This document shows positions 54,596 through 64,000 of a DNA stretch of 64,000 bases, piece by piece. Source of the DNA: an uncultured Candidatus Rokubacteria bacterium (GTDB lineage: Bacteria; Methylomirabilota; Methylomirabilia; Rokubacteriales; CSP1-6); assembly GCA_963758635.1 (NCBI GenBank), contig CAVWWD010000008.1, positions 960,001-1,024,000 on the forward strand, read 5' to 3'. Position 1 is the stretch's first letter; each line of letters starts with the position of its first letter. The notes beneath the pieces are model-generated. The model was not told the origin of the DNA. It searched no databases and saw only the letters and a list, made by a program, of their open reading frames with translations. Both the position numbers and the translations under genes were made by a program.

Positions 54596-55060
54596 CTACT
54601 TCTTCTTGCGTGGATCGTCGGCGGCGTTTACGAACGTGATGTCCGTCGGCCCGATGCCGTGGACCTGGACCACCGTCTCCTGCCGCCCGGCCCAGGCGAA
54701 GTGCGGATGTTTCGGCGGAATCGCGATGAAGCCGCCCACCGGGAGCTCCTTGCCCGAGCCCTCATCGAACTTCTCGCCCAGACCGACGAAGAACGTGCCG
54801 GTCAGCACGGTGACGTTCTCGCCGGCCTTGTGAAAGTGCGGCGGCACCTTGTAGCCGGCCGGGAACTTGAAGCGATAGACGAACAGTCCTTCCTTGCCTG
54901 GATCGCCCTGGATCAGCGCCAGCTTGGCGCCGGGAAGTATGGGCGGCTCGACCCACTTGAGAGCATCGGGCATGAGGACGGTGTGGCCGTCCGGGTGCTG
55001 GGCCTGGACGGGCAGGACGGCGACCAGGAGCGCGATGAAGATGAGGCCAATCCGTCGCAT
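54596..55060 (-). CDS. Exported cupin domain protein (DUF4437-like)
   Basis: Signal peptide; PPHFH..GENVTVLTG...HPHFAW...QVHGIGP. Confidence 0.85.
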   Translation of the reverse strand: MRRIGLIFIALLVAVLPVQAQHPDGHTVLMPDALKWVEPPILPGAKLALIQGDPGKEGLFVYRFKFPAGYKVPPHFHKAGENVTVLTGTFFVGLGEKFDEGSGKELPVGGFIAIPPKHPHFAWAGRQETVVQVHGIGPTDITFVNAADDPRKKK

Positions 55061-55116
55061 GACGAACCTCCCTGTCGGTGATTGGGGTCGCGCCAGGGGC
55101 GGCCCCCGTGATCACC

Positions 55117-57443
55117 CTATTCCCGCCCGCGGGAGGGCGCATCGGTAGAAAGGCGTATGGCGCTACCTAACCTGGGCCCGGCGAACCCGTGGCGGGCCGG
55201 TGGGCGTTCCGAGACCGCACTGGGCGCCGGGACCAGGCCCCGGGAGACTGCGACCCAGGCGGCGACCTGAGTCCGAGAGTTGAAGCCGAGCTTGTTGAGG
55301 ATGTGCTGGACGTGGGCGTCCACGGTCCGCTCGCTGATGCCCAGCGCCCTGCCTATCTCGCGGTTCGAAAGGCCCTCCGTGACGAGCCGGGCCACCTCGT
55401 GCTCACGAGGCGAGAGGGACCGAGGCCGGCGTCCGGCTTGCGGCCGGACGCCGGCCTCGTGGGAGGTGGAAGCGGCACGTGGCCAAGGGCGTGGTCGATC
55501 ATCGCCTCGAGGGGCGTGCGCCGCCCCTCGGCCCAGGCGGTGGCGAAAGCCTGGGGGCCGAGCCCCCTCAGGACCGCGACGATGGATCGACCGATGACGG
55601 TCTCGTCCGCGATCGCGTACTGGTAGTACGGAATCCCGAAGGGCTCGAGTGTGGCCTCGGCACACCCGTAGAGCCGCGCCGCCCGAACGAGGTCGCCCTC
55701 CGCCTGGACCACCACCGCGAGCGCGTGGAGGGTCTGCCCGATGATGCGCGACCGGTCCGCGACTTCGAGGTCGCGGGAGGTCGCGAGGCTCTCGGCCAGC
55801 AACGCTCCTGCTCGCTCCAGGTCCTTGTCGAGCAGCCCAACGCCGAGGTTCATCAGACAGCGGGCGATGGTCTCCCGGTCTCCAAGGCTGCGGGCCAGCA
55901 CCAAGCTCTCATGGTCCAGCGCGACGGCCCGCTCCTCGTCCCATTTGTTCATGGCCGCCGCGCCGTGGAGCAGGCGGGCCCGCAGCGCCGGCGAAGCCCC
56001 GTGGCGCCTGGCGAGCGCCGCGTCGACCCAACGGTAGCCCTCGCCGACGTTGCCACGGAAGAACCAGAACCGACACATGGCGCTGGCCAGGCGCAGGTCG
56101 GCGTCGATGTCGCTGCGCTCCGAGGCCCGGGTGAGCGCAGCCCTGAAATTCTCGTACTCCTCCTCCATCGTCGCGAACCAGTCGGCCGCCTCCCGGCTGT
56201 TGAACAGACCAGCCGCGCGCTCGGCCAGGCCGACGAAGTACGCGAGGTGCCGGTCGCGCACCGCCTCGGCCTCGCCAGCGGCGGTTAGCTGCTCCGAGGC
56301 GTACTCCCGGACGGTCTCCAGCATCCCGTAGCGCGGCTCGCCGGTCGAGGAGGGTTCGTGACGGAGCAGACTCTTGTTGACAAGCTCGGCGATCATCCCG
56401 AGCGCGTCGGCCGGCCCGTCGGCCAGCGCCTGGGCCGCTTCGAGGGTGAAGCCGCCGGCGAAAGCGGCGAGCCGCCGGAACGCGACGCGCTCCACCGGCT
56501 CAAGCAGGTCCTCGCTCCAGGCGATCGCCGCGCTGAGGGCTCGGTGCCGCTCTGGCCGATCCGCGGCGCGCGTCACCAGAAGGGGCAGGCGACGATCGAG
56601 CCGTGTGAGGATGGCCCGGGGCGACAGGACACTCACGCGGGCGGCGGCCAGCTCGATCGCCAGCGGGAGCCCATCGAGCCGCCGGCAGATCTCTGACACC
56701 ACGCGGGCATTGGCCCCATCGAGCCCGAACCGTGGGTGCACCGCCTGCGCTCGGGCGACGAACAGCGCCACGGACGGCACGCGCGCCACCTTCGCAGGAC
56801 GGGTCACCGCGTCGGGGTCGGGCAGGGCCAGCGGGTGGACCGGCACCGCGCGCTCGGCCGCCAGGCCGAGCGCCTCCCGGCTGGTCACCAGCACGTGCAG
56901 ACGGAGACACGACTCGAGGAGGGTCGCCAGGCTCGCGCGCGCGGGGCCGATCTGCTCGAAGTTGTCGAGCAGCAGCAGGACGTGACGGTTCGCCAGGTGC
57001 CGGGCTAGCCGCTCCAGCGGCGGCCGCGACGGGAATCGCCGCAGCGAGAGCCGCTGGATGAGCGTGTGCTCGAAGAGGCCGGGGTCGCGGACAGGGGCCA
57101 GGTCGACAACGACGACGCCCGACTGGAAGGCCTCCTCGACGGCCGCCGCGGCGGCGAGCGCCAGCCGCGTCTTGCCCACGCCCGGCGGCCCGGTGAGCGT
57201 CAACAGTCGGCCGTCGGCGCGACGCAGGGCGCGCACGATCGCGGCCAGCTCGCGAGACCTCCCGATGAGGGGGGTCGGCGGGACGGGCAGCGTCGCGGTC
57301 AAGGCCTGGACCTCGAACTCATCCGAGAGGAGCCACTGCCACAGCGCACGCAAAACCCTCCGCCCGCGCCGGGACCAAGCTATCTGCCCACGTGCCATCG
57401 TAGGTAGGCACAGCACCAGCGTCAAGCCGCAGGCGGCTCCCAC
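55117..57443 (-). CDS. NTPase + TPR + LuxR HTH transcriptional regulator (frameshift ~55420)
   Basis: [63 protein letters not shown]. Confidence 0.88.
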
Positions 57444-57550
57444 ACTCGGGGACGGCCAGCAGATCGATCGCGAACGCCCGGAGCTTTGATTTTCGGAGTC
57501 CCCGTGAGGGTTTGCGGGGGAGCGTGCTAGCCTCGCGCTGGAGGCCGCCG

Positions 57551-58135
57551 ATGATGGCCGGAGGAGCCGCGCCCGCTGCCGGAGCTCCCGGGGTGGAGAT
57601 CCGCCCGTACCGCCTGAACGACGCTGTCGCGGTGGCGGAGGCCGTGCGCGAATCGGTCGCGGAGCTACGTCCGTGGATGCCGTGGTGCCATGGGGACTAC
57701 TCGGTGGAGGAGTCGCGCTCCTGGATCGAGCAACAAGTGCCCGCCTTCCAGCGGCGTGACGAGTTCGAGTTCGCGATCGTGGCCACCGAGGGTCGAATCC
57801 TCGGCGGGTGCGGCCTCAACCACCTCGACGCCCTCAACCGGCGTGCGAACCTCGGCTACTGGGTCCGTTCCAGCGAGACGCGCCGGGGGGTGGCCACGGC
57901 GGCAGTGCGCCAGCTCCGCGAGTGGGCGTTCGAGAACACGGACCTGGTCCGCCTCGAGGTGGTGATCGCCTCCGGGAACGCCGCGAGCCACCGCGTCGCG
58001 GAGAAGTCGGGCGCGGCGCGGGAGGGCACGCTCCGCCGGCGCCTCGTGCTCCACGGCGTGGCCCACGACGCGACGATGTTCTCCTTCGTCCGCGAGCCTC
58101 CGGTGAGGGACGCCCTGGCGAGCCGTCGCGTCTAG
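57551..58135 (+). CDS. GNAT N-acetyltransferase (RimJ/RimL type)
   Basis: [30 protein letters not shown]. Confidence 0.88.
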   Translation: MMAGGAAPAAGAPGVEIRPYRLNDAVAVAEAVRESVAELRPWMPWCHGDYSVEESRSWIEQQVPAFQRRDEFEFAIVATEGRILGGCGLNHLDALNRRANLGYWVRSSETRRGVATAAVRQLREWAFENTDLVRLEVVIASGNAASHRVAEKSGAAREGTLRRRLVLHGVAHDATMFSFVREPPVRDALASRRV

Positions 58136-59448
58136 GCGTCGCCGCGGCTGGCGCGCTCGATCTCCTCGCGGATGAGCCGCCGGACGCGGCGCCCGGCCAG
58201 CGTCACGCCGCGCGGGACGCCCACGACCAGGGCGAGCGCGAGGAGGGCGGCGCCTCCCCAGGTCAGCCACCAGCGCACCTCCTCGCGGTGCAGGTACCCC
58301 TGCTCACGGTGCTTCAGCTGGCAGTCCTCCCACACGCGGTCGACGTTCGGGAAAGCCGGGATGGATGGCGCTGGCCGCCGCCATGTTCTTGTAGGCCGTG
58401 TAGTGGAGATCACGCAGGTAGTGGTCGACGCCGCGGTTCCAGAGCCGCGTGAACTGGCTGTCCGGCTGAGGGTGTGACGCCCGCCTTCTGCGCGGCCGCG
58501 TGCAGTGTTTCCACCGGGAATGAGGAAGTTGAATCCCTGGACGACCTGGGTGCCCTGGAGCGACGTGAAGGTCGCCGCGCCGATCACCTGGCCGCGCTCG
58601 TCAAAGACGGGCCCGCCGCTGTTGCCCTGGATGATGGCAGCGTCGGTCTGGATGACGCGCTGCCCGCCGACGTCCTGCTTGAAGCCCGAGACGCGTCCGA
58701 CGGTGACGCTCGGCTCGAAGCGTGTAGCCTGGCTCAGCAGCTCGTGGGCCGCGACGACGCCGGGGAAACCGATCACGAAGAGCGTCTGGCCCAGGTTGAG
58801 ATCGGTGCTCCTGGGAGCGAGCTTCACCACGGGCAGGTCCCGCGCCTCGATCTTGACGATGGCCACGTCCTTGCCGCGCTCGGAGATCACCTTGCCCATC
58901 GCGTCCTGCCGGCGGCTCACCTCGACGTAGGCGGGCGGGTCGTAATGGCGGACCTGGGCCGGGTACATCTTCCCGTTCGAGAGCGTCACCTGGAGGCGCT
59001 TCGTGATGGTCACGGCGTCGCGGTTGGCGGCGAGCGCGGCCAGGGCGGCGAGGCGCCGGGCTCGCTCGTCGGCGGCGAGGCCGTCGAGATCGGGGCCGCA
59101 CGCCGCGGCCACCGCCTTGTCGATCAGCTCCGAGCGGAGGGCCGGATCGTCCTGCTCGACGAAGGGCTGGACAACGTGGCCGTTGGTCACGATCCAGCCG
59201 TCCGGATGGATGATGGAGCCGCTGCCGATCCAGGTCGCGGGGGCAGGGCGGGCGGCGACGCGCGTCCCGCTCCCACAGTCGACGTTGCCGCCGGCGGTGG
59301 CGTCGACACCGATCAGCACGACCGCGGGCTTGGCCCGGAACACCGCCGACTGGAGCTCCGCCTCCGTCGCCCCTCGTGCCGGTCCCGGAGCAGCCGCGGT
59401 GAGCAGGGTGGCGATCACGATCCAGCCTCGTCGTCTCCGTGTGCGCAT
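58132..59448 (-). CDS. Trypsin-like serine protease with C-terminal TM helix (frameshifts)
   Basis: GSGSII..VTNGHV (His), DVAIVK (Asp), QGNSGGP (Ser). Confidence 0.85.
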   Translation of the reverse strand: MRTRRRRGWIVIATLLTAAAPGPARGATEAELQSAVFRAKPAVVLIGVDATAGGNVDCGSGTRVAARPAPATWIGSGSIIHPDGWIVTNGHVVQPFVEQDDPALRSELIDKAVAAACGPDLDGLAADERARRLAALAALAANRDAVTITKRLQVTLSNGKMYPAQVRHYDPPAYVEVSRRQDAMGKVISERGKDVAIVKIEARDLPVVKLAPRSTDLNLGQTLFVIGFPGVVAAHELLSQATRFEPSVTVGRVSGFKQDVGGQRVIQTDAAIIQGNSGGPVFDERGQVIGAATFTSLQGTQVVQGFNFLIPGGNTARGRAEGGRHTLSRTASSRGSGTAASTTTCVISTTRPTRTWRRPAPSIPAFPNVDRVWEDCQLKHREQGYLHREEVRWWLTWGGAALLALALVVGVPRGVTLAGRRVRRLIREEIERASRGDA

Positions 59449-59650
59449 GAGGCTCCCCCTTTGACGATGGTTGGCGCGGGTGCCGTCACGGTCCTCCGCG
59501 GGCGCCGCCGCAACACACTTGTAACCCATGAACGCCGCCACGGACCCCCGTGCTCGAGATTTCACCTTCCGTTGACAAGGCCCGCTACCTGGCCGAGCGC
59601 TCGAATCTCGACCGGGGCGGGGGATCGTGCTTTCCTATACGCGAGCCAGG

Positions 59651-62291
59651 ATGACCAGCGAGGAACGGCGGCTCCGGGAAGCGGAAGCGCGCACCGCCCA
59701 CTGGCGGCGATGGGGGCCGTACCTGTCCGAGCGCCAGTGGTCCACGGTGCGTGAGGACTACAGCCGCGGCGGCGCGGCCTGGGACGACTTCCCCCACGAC
59801 CACGCGCGGTCCCGCGCGTACCGGTGGGGCGAGGACGGCCTGCTCGGGATCTCGGACAACCACCAGCGACTCTGCTTCGCCCTCGCCCTCTGGAACGGCC
59901 GCGATGGGATCCTCAAGGAGCGCCTGTTCGGTCTCACCGGCAAGGAAGGCAACCACGGCGAGGACGTGAAGGAGTGCTACTTCTACCTCGACTCCACGCC
60001 CACGCACTCGTACATGAAGGGCCTCTACAAGTATCCGCAGGCCGCCTTCCCGTACGAGGCGCTGCTCGAGGAAAACGGCCGGCGGTCCCGCCGGGCGCCG
60101 GAGTTCGAGCTCCTCGACACCGGCGTCTTCGACGACGACCGCTACTGGGACGTCACCGTCGAGTACGCGAAGGCGGGAGTCGACGACCTCCTGATCCGCG
60201 TGAGCGCGACCAATCGCGGCCCGGACCCGGCCACCCTCGACCTGATCCCGACCCTCTGGTTCCGGAACACGTGGGCCTGGGACCACGGGGCGAAGCGGCC
60301 GCTGCTCCGCGCGGGAGCCGGCGGGCGCGACGCCGTCGTCGAGGCCGAGCACGAGACGCTCGGCCGGCGCTGGCTCCATGCCGAGGGCGAGCCCGAGCTC
60401 CTGTTCACCGACAACGACACCAATGCGATCCGCCTCTGGGGCGTGCCGTCGCCGACCCCGTACGTGAAGGACGGCATCAACGACCACGTGGTCTCCGGGC
60501 GCACGGACGCGGTCAACCCGGAGCGGACCGGCACCAAGGTGGGCGCGCGCTATCGGCGCGAGGCGGCGCCGGGCCAGACGATCACGGTGCGGCTCCGCCT
60601 CACCGACCGGGCCGAGCCGCGGCCGTTCGGGCGCGGGTTCGACACGCTCATGGAGCGGCGCATCCGCGAGGCCGACGACGTTCTACGCCACCGTGATCCC
60701 GGCGAGCCTGTCCGCCGACGGCCGGAACGTGATGCGCCAGGCCTTCGCCGGGCTCCTCTGGTCCAAGCAGTTCTACCATTACGACGTCCGGCGCTGGCTC
60801 ACCGGGGATCCCACCGGCCCGCGGCCCCCCGCCGAGCGGTGGCGCGGCCGGAACCGCGAGTGGCAGCACCTCTACAACGAAGACGTCATCTCGATGCCGG
60901 ACAAGTGGGAGTACCCGTGGTACGCGGCGTGGGACCTCGCGTTCCACATGATCCCCATCGCGCTCGTCGACCCCGATTTCGCGAAGAGCCAGCTCCTGCT
61001 GTTCCTCCGCGAGTGGTACATGCACCCGAACGGGCAGATCCCCGCCTACGAGTGGGCGCTCGGCGACGTGAACCCGCCCGTCCACGCCTGGGCCGCGTGG
61101 CGCGTGTACAAGATCGACAAGCGCCTGCGCGGCGTCGCCGACCGCGAGTTCCTCGAGAAGGTCTTCCACAAGCTGCTGCTGAACTTCACGTGGTGGGTGA
61201 ACCGGAAGGACGCCGAGGGCAACAACGTGTTCCAGGGCGGCTTCCTCGGCCTCGACAACATCGGCGTCTTCGACCGGTCCGCGCCGCTGCCCACGGGCGG
61301 GCACATGGAGCAGTCGGACGGCACCTCGTGGATGGGCATGTACTGCCTCAACATGCTGGCCATCGCGCTCGAGCTGGCGGTGGAGGATCGCGCCTACGAG
61401 GACGTGGCGTCGAAGTTCTTCGAGCACTTCGTGTACATCGCGCACGCCATGGACGACCTCGGCGGCGAGGGGCTCTCCCTCTGGAACGAGGCGGACGGCT
61501 TCTACTACGACGTGCTCCACACCGAAGGCGAGCGGCCGCTGCCCCTCAAGGTGCGGTCGATGGTCGGGCTGATCCCGCTGTTCGCGGTGGAGACCCTCGA
61601 GCCCGAGATCCTCGACCGGCTGCCCGGATTCAAGCGCCGCATGCAGTGGTTCGTGGACAACCGGCCCGACCTCGTCGACCACGTCGTCGAGGTGCAGCGG
61701 ATGGACGGCTCGATCCGGCGCCTCCTCTCGGTGGTGACCCAGGCCCAGCTCCCGCGGGTGCTCCGCTACATGCTCGACGAGCAGGAGTTCCTCTCGCCGT
61801 ACGGCATCCGGGCGCTGTCGCGCTACCACCGCGAGCATCCCTACCTCGTGCACGTGATGGGGATGGAGCATCGCGTGGACTACGAGCCCGCCGAGTCGGC
61901 CTCGGACCTCTTCGGCGGCAACTCGAACTGGCGCGGGCCGATCTGGTTCCCGGTGAACTACCTGCTGATCGAGTCGCTGCAGCGGTTCCACCACTTCTTC
62001 GGCGACGGCCTCACCGTGGCCTGCCCGACAGGGTCCGGGAACCGCCTGAACCTCTGGGAGGTGGCGGCCGACCTCTCGCGGCGCCTGACGAGCATCTTCC
62101 GCGCCGACACCGACTCGGGGCGGCGGCCCGTGTTCGGCGACCGGGCACGCCTGCAGACCGATCCCCACTGGAGGGACCTGGTCCTCTTCTACGAATACTT
62201 CCACGGCGAGACCGGCGCCGGGCTCGGGGCGAGCCATCAGACGGGCTGGACCGGGCTGGTCGCCAAGCTGCTGCAGCAGAGCGGCGAGTAA
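59651..62291 (+). CDS. GH63/MGH1-like glucosidase (frameshift ~60680)
   Basis: Manual start MTSEERRL...[55 protein letters not shown]. Confidence 0.9.
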
Positions 62292-62342
62292 GCACTCACA
62301 CGGCCCCGGCTCGAGCGAGAGCGGCGGCGAGGAGACGACGCG

Positions 62343-63326
62343 ATGCAGATCGGCATGGTGGGCCTCGGGCGGATGGGCGGGAACATGGCGCGCCGTCTGC
62401 TGAAGGGCGGCCACGAGGTGGTCGGCTACGCGCCGGACGCCGCCGCGGTGAAGCAGATCGTGGCCGACGGCGGGGCGGGCACGCAGAGCCTGGACGACCT
62501 GGTGGCGGCGCTGCGCGCGCCGCGCGTGGCCTGGGCGATGGTGCCGGCGGGCGCGGCGACGGAGCAGGTCGTGCTGGACCTTGCCTCGCGGCTCTCGCCC
62601 GGCGACACGATCATCGACGGCGGCAACTCGTTCTACAAGGACGACGTGCGGCGCGCCGGCCTCCTGCGGGATCGGCGCATCCACTACGTGGACGTCGGCA
62701 CGAGCGGCGGGGTCTGGGGCCTCGAGCGCGGCTACTGCCTCATGATCGGCGGCGAGACGGACGTGGTCCGGCGCCTCGACCCCATCTTCCGCACGCTGGC
62801 GCCCGGGATGGGCGACATTCCCCGCACGCCGGGGCGCGAGAAGGTCCCGGGCACCGCCGAGCACGGGTACCTGCACTGCGGCCCCTCGGGGGCCGGGCAC
62901 TTCGTGAAGATGATCCACAACGGGATCGAGTACGGGCTGATGCAGGCCTACGCCGAGGGGCTCGACATCTTCAAGAACGCGACGTCGAAGGACCTGCCCG
63001 CGGAGCTGCGCTACGACCTGGACATCGCGAGCATCACCGAGCTGTGGCGCCGGGGCAGCGTGGTGAGCTCCTGGCTCCTCGACCTGACCGCGCAGGCCCT
63101 GGTCGAGGACCCCGCCCTCGCCGGCTACACGGGCTTCGTCCAGGACTCGGGCGAGGGCCGCTGGACCGTCATGGCCGCCGTCGAGGAGGGCGTGCCCGCC
63201 GACGTGCTCTCCGCCGCGCTCTACGTGCGGTTCCGGTCGCGCCAGGAGCACACGTTCGCCGAGAAGGTGCTCTCCGCGATGCGCCACAAGTTCGGCGGGC
63301 ACACGGAGCCGCCCGCGAAGGGCTGA
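62343..63326 (+). CDS. gnd: Decarboxylating 6-phosphogluconate dehydrogenase (short form)
   Basis: [36 protein letters not shown]. Confidence 0.95.
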   Translation: MQIGMVGLGRMGGNMARRLLKGGHEVVGYAPDAAAVKQIVADGGAGTQSLDDLVAALRAPRVAWAMVPAGAATEQVVLDLASRLSPGDTIIDGGNSFYKDDVRRAGLLRDRRIHYVDVGTSGGVWGLERGYCLMIGGETDVVRRLDPIFRTLAPGMGDIPRTPGREKVPGTAEHGYLHCGPSGAGHFVKMIHNGIEYGLMQAYAEGLDIFKNATSKDLPAELRYDLDIASITELWRRGSVVSSWLLDLTAQALVEDPALAGYTGFVQDSGEGRWTVMAAVEEGVPADVLSAALYVRFRSRQEHTFAEKVLSAMRHKFGGHTEPPAKG

Positions 63327-63424
63327 TTTCCGGGTTCGCGCGCCTAGTCTGCGGTGGTATCCACGGCAGTTCGGTCTGCGGTGGTTTCCACTGCATTTCC
63401 CTATACGCTCGCCTCGCCTTCGGC

Positions 63425-64000
63425 TCAGCTCGCAAGGCCGCCGGCTCGGCTCGCAAGGCGCCGCGCCAGCGCGCCGAGGCCGTCGTACGCCGCGTACTTG
63501 TACGCCTCGCCCAGCGTGGGGTAGTTGAAGACCGCGTTGATGAAGGCGTCGATGGCGCCGCCCGCCTGCATGACCATGAGGCCCACGTGCACCAGCTCGG
63601 CCGCGCTGTCGCCGATGATGTGCACGCCCAGCAGCGCGCGGTCGGAGGCCCGGAAGACCAGCTTCACCTGGCCGGCGAGGTCGCCCACGATCTGACCGCG
63701 CGCGTTCTGGCGGTAGAGGGCGCGCCCCACCTCGTGGTCGATGCCCTTGGCGCGGCAGGTCTCCTCGGTCTCGCCCGCCATGGCCACCTCCGGGATCGTG
63801 TACACGGCGAGCGGGAAGATCGCGGCCACGCGCGTCTTGTACTTCAGGTCGAACGCGTGGCACATGGCGACCCGCGCCTGCTCCATCGAGGTGGCGGCCA
63901 GGGCGGGGAAGCCGATGACGTCGCCGACCGCGTACACGTGCGGGAGCGCGGTCTGGTAGTGCTCGTTCACGGCGAGCTGGCCGCGGTCGTCGGTGGCGAG
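63425..64000 (-). CDS. sthA: Soluble NAD(P)+ transhydrogenase, 3' part (5' end outside the window)
   Basis: [41 protein letters not shown]. Confidence 0.88.
   Translation of the reverse strand, partial: LATDDRGQLAVNEHYQTALPHVYAVGDVIGFPALAATSMEQARVAMCHAFDLKYKTRVAAIFPLAVYTIPEVAMAGETEETCRAKGIDHEVGRALYRQNARGQIVGDLAGQVKLVFRASDRALLGVHIIGDSAAELVHVGLMVMQAGGAIDAFINAVFNYPTLGEAYKYAAYDGLGALARRLASRAGGLAS

Noticed and set aside
63347..63395. CRISPR array
   Set aside because: Only two 22-bp units with a 5-bp gap, and no cas genes.
48356..63863. Very long Arg/Ala/Pro/Gly-rich ORFs (e.g. 48356-51343, 49084-51729, 60648-63863)
   Set aside because: Shadow frames of real genes in high-GC DNA, with no recognisable motifs.

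Overview
A very GC-rich bacterial chromosomal window. Gene content and style are consistent with a soil Rokubacteria/Methylomirabilota-like organism, but that is inference only. It holds about 55 mostly metabolic genes: four luciferase-like monooxygenases, several SDRs, a CoA-transferase, a LeuCD-like pair with two ICL/PEP-mutase-family lyases, PepP, an acyl-CoA ligase, a K+/Mg2+ block (kimA-kdpD <> kdpFABC-mgtE-kdpE), ttcA, a thiolase, a PDH E1-like gene, a GH63 glucosidase, gnd and sthA. Many genes are broken by single-base indels, most likely long-read sequencing error, so many long ORFs in the supplied track are chimeric or shadow frames. The most interesting region is 9.6-18 kb, a decayed integron system. 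On the minus strand an IntI C-terminal remnant is followed in the same direction by a LipJ-like hydrolase-cyclase gene, a clear attC site, and a second class III cyclase with non-canonical specificity residues fused to an apparent PD-(D/E)xK-like domain. On the plus strand lie an N-terminal IntI fragment, a dead DUF4160/DUF2442 pair and an exact 49-bp copy of part of a neighbouring gene. Two copies of a ~145-bp hairpin element show compensatory base changes. No rRNA, tRNA or CRISPR array was seen.
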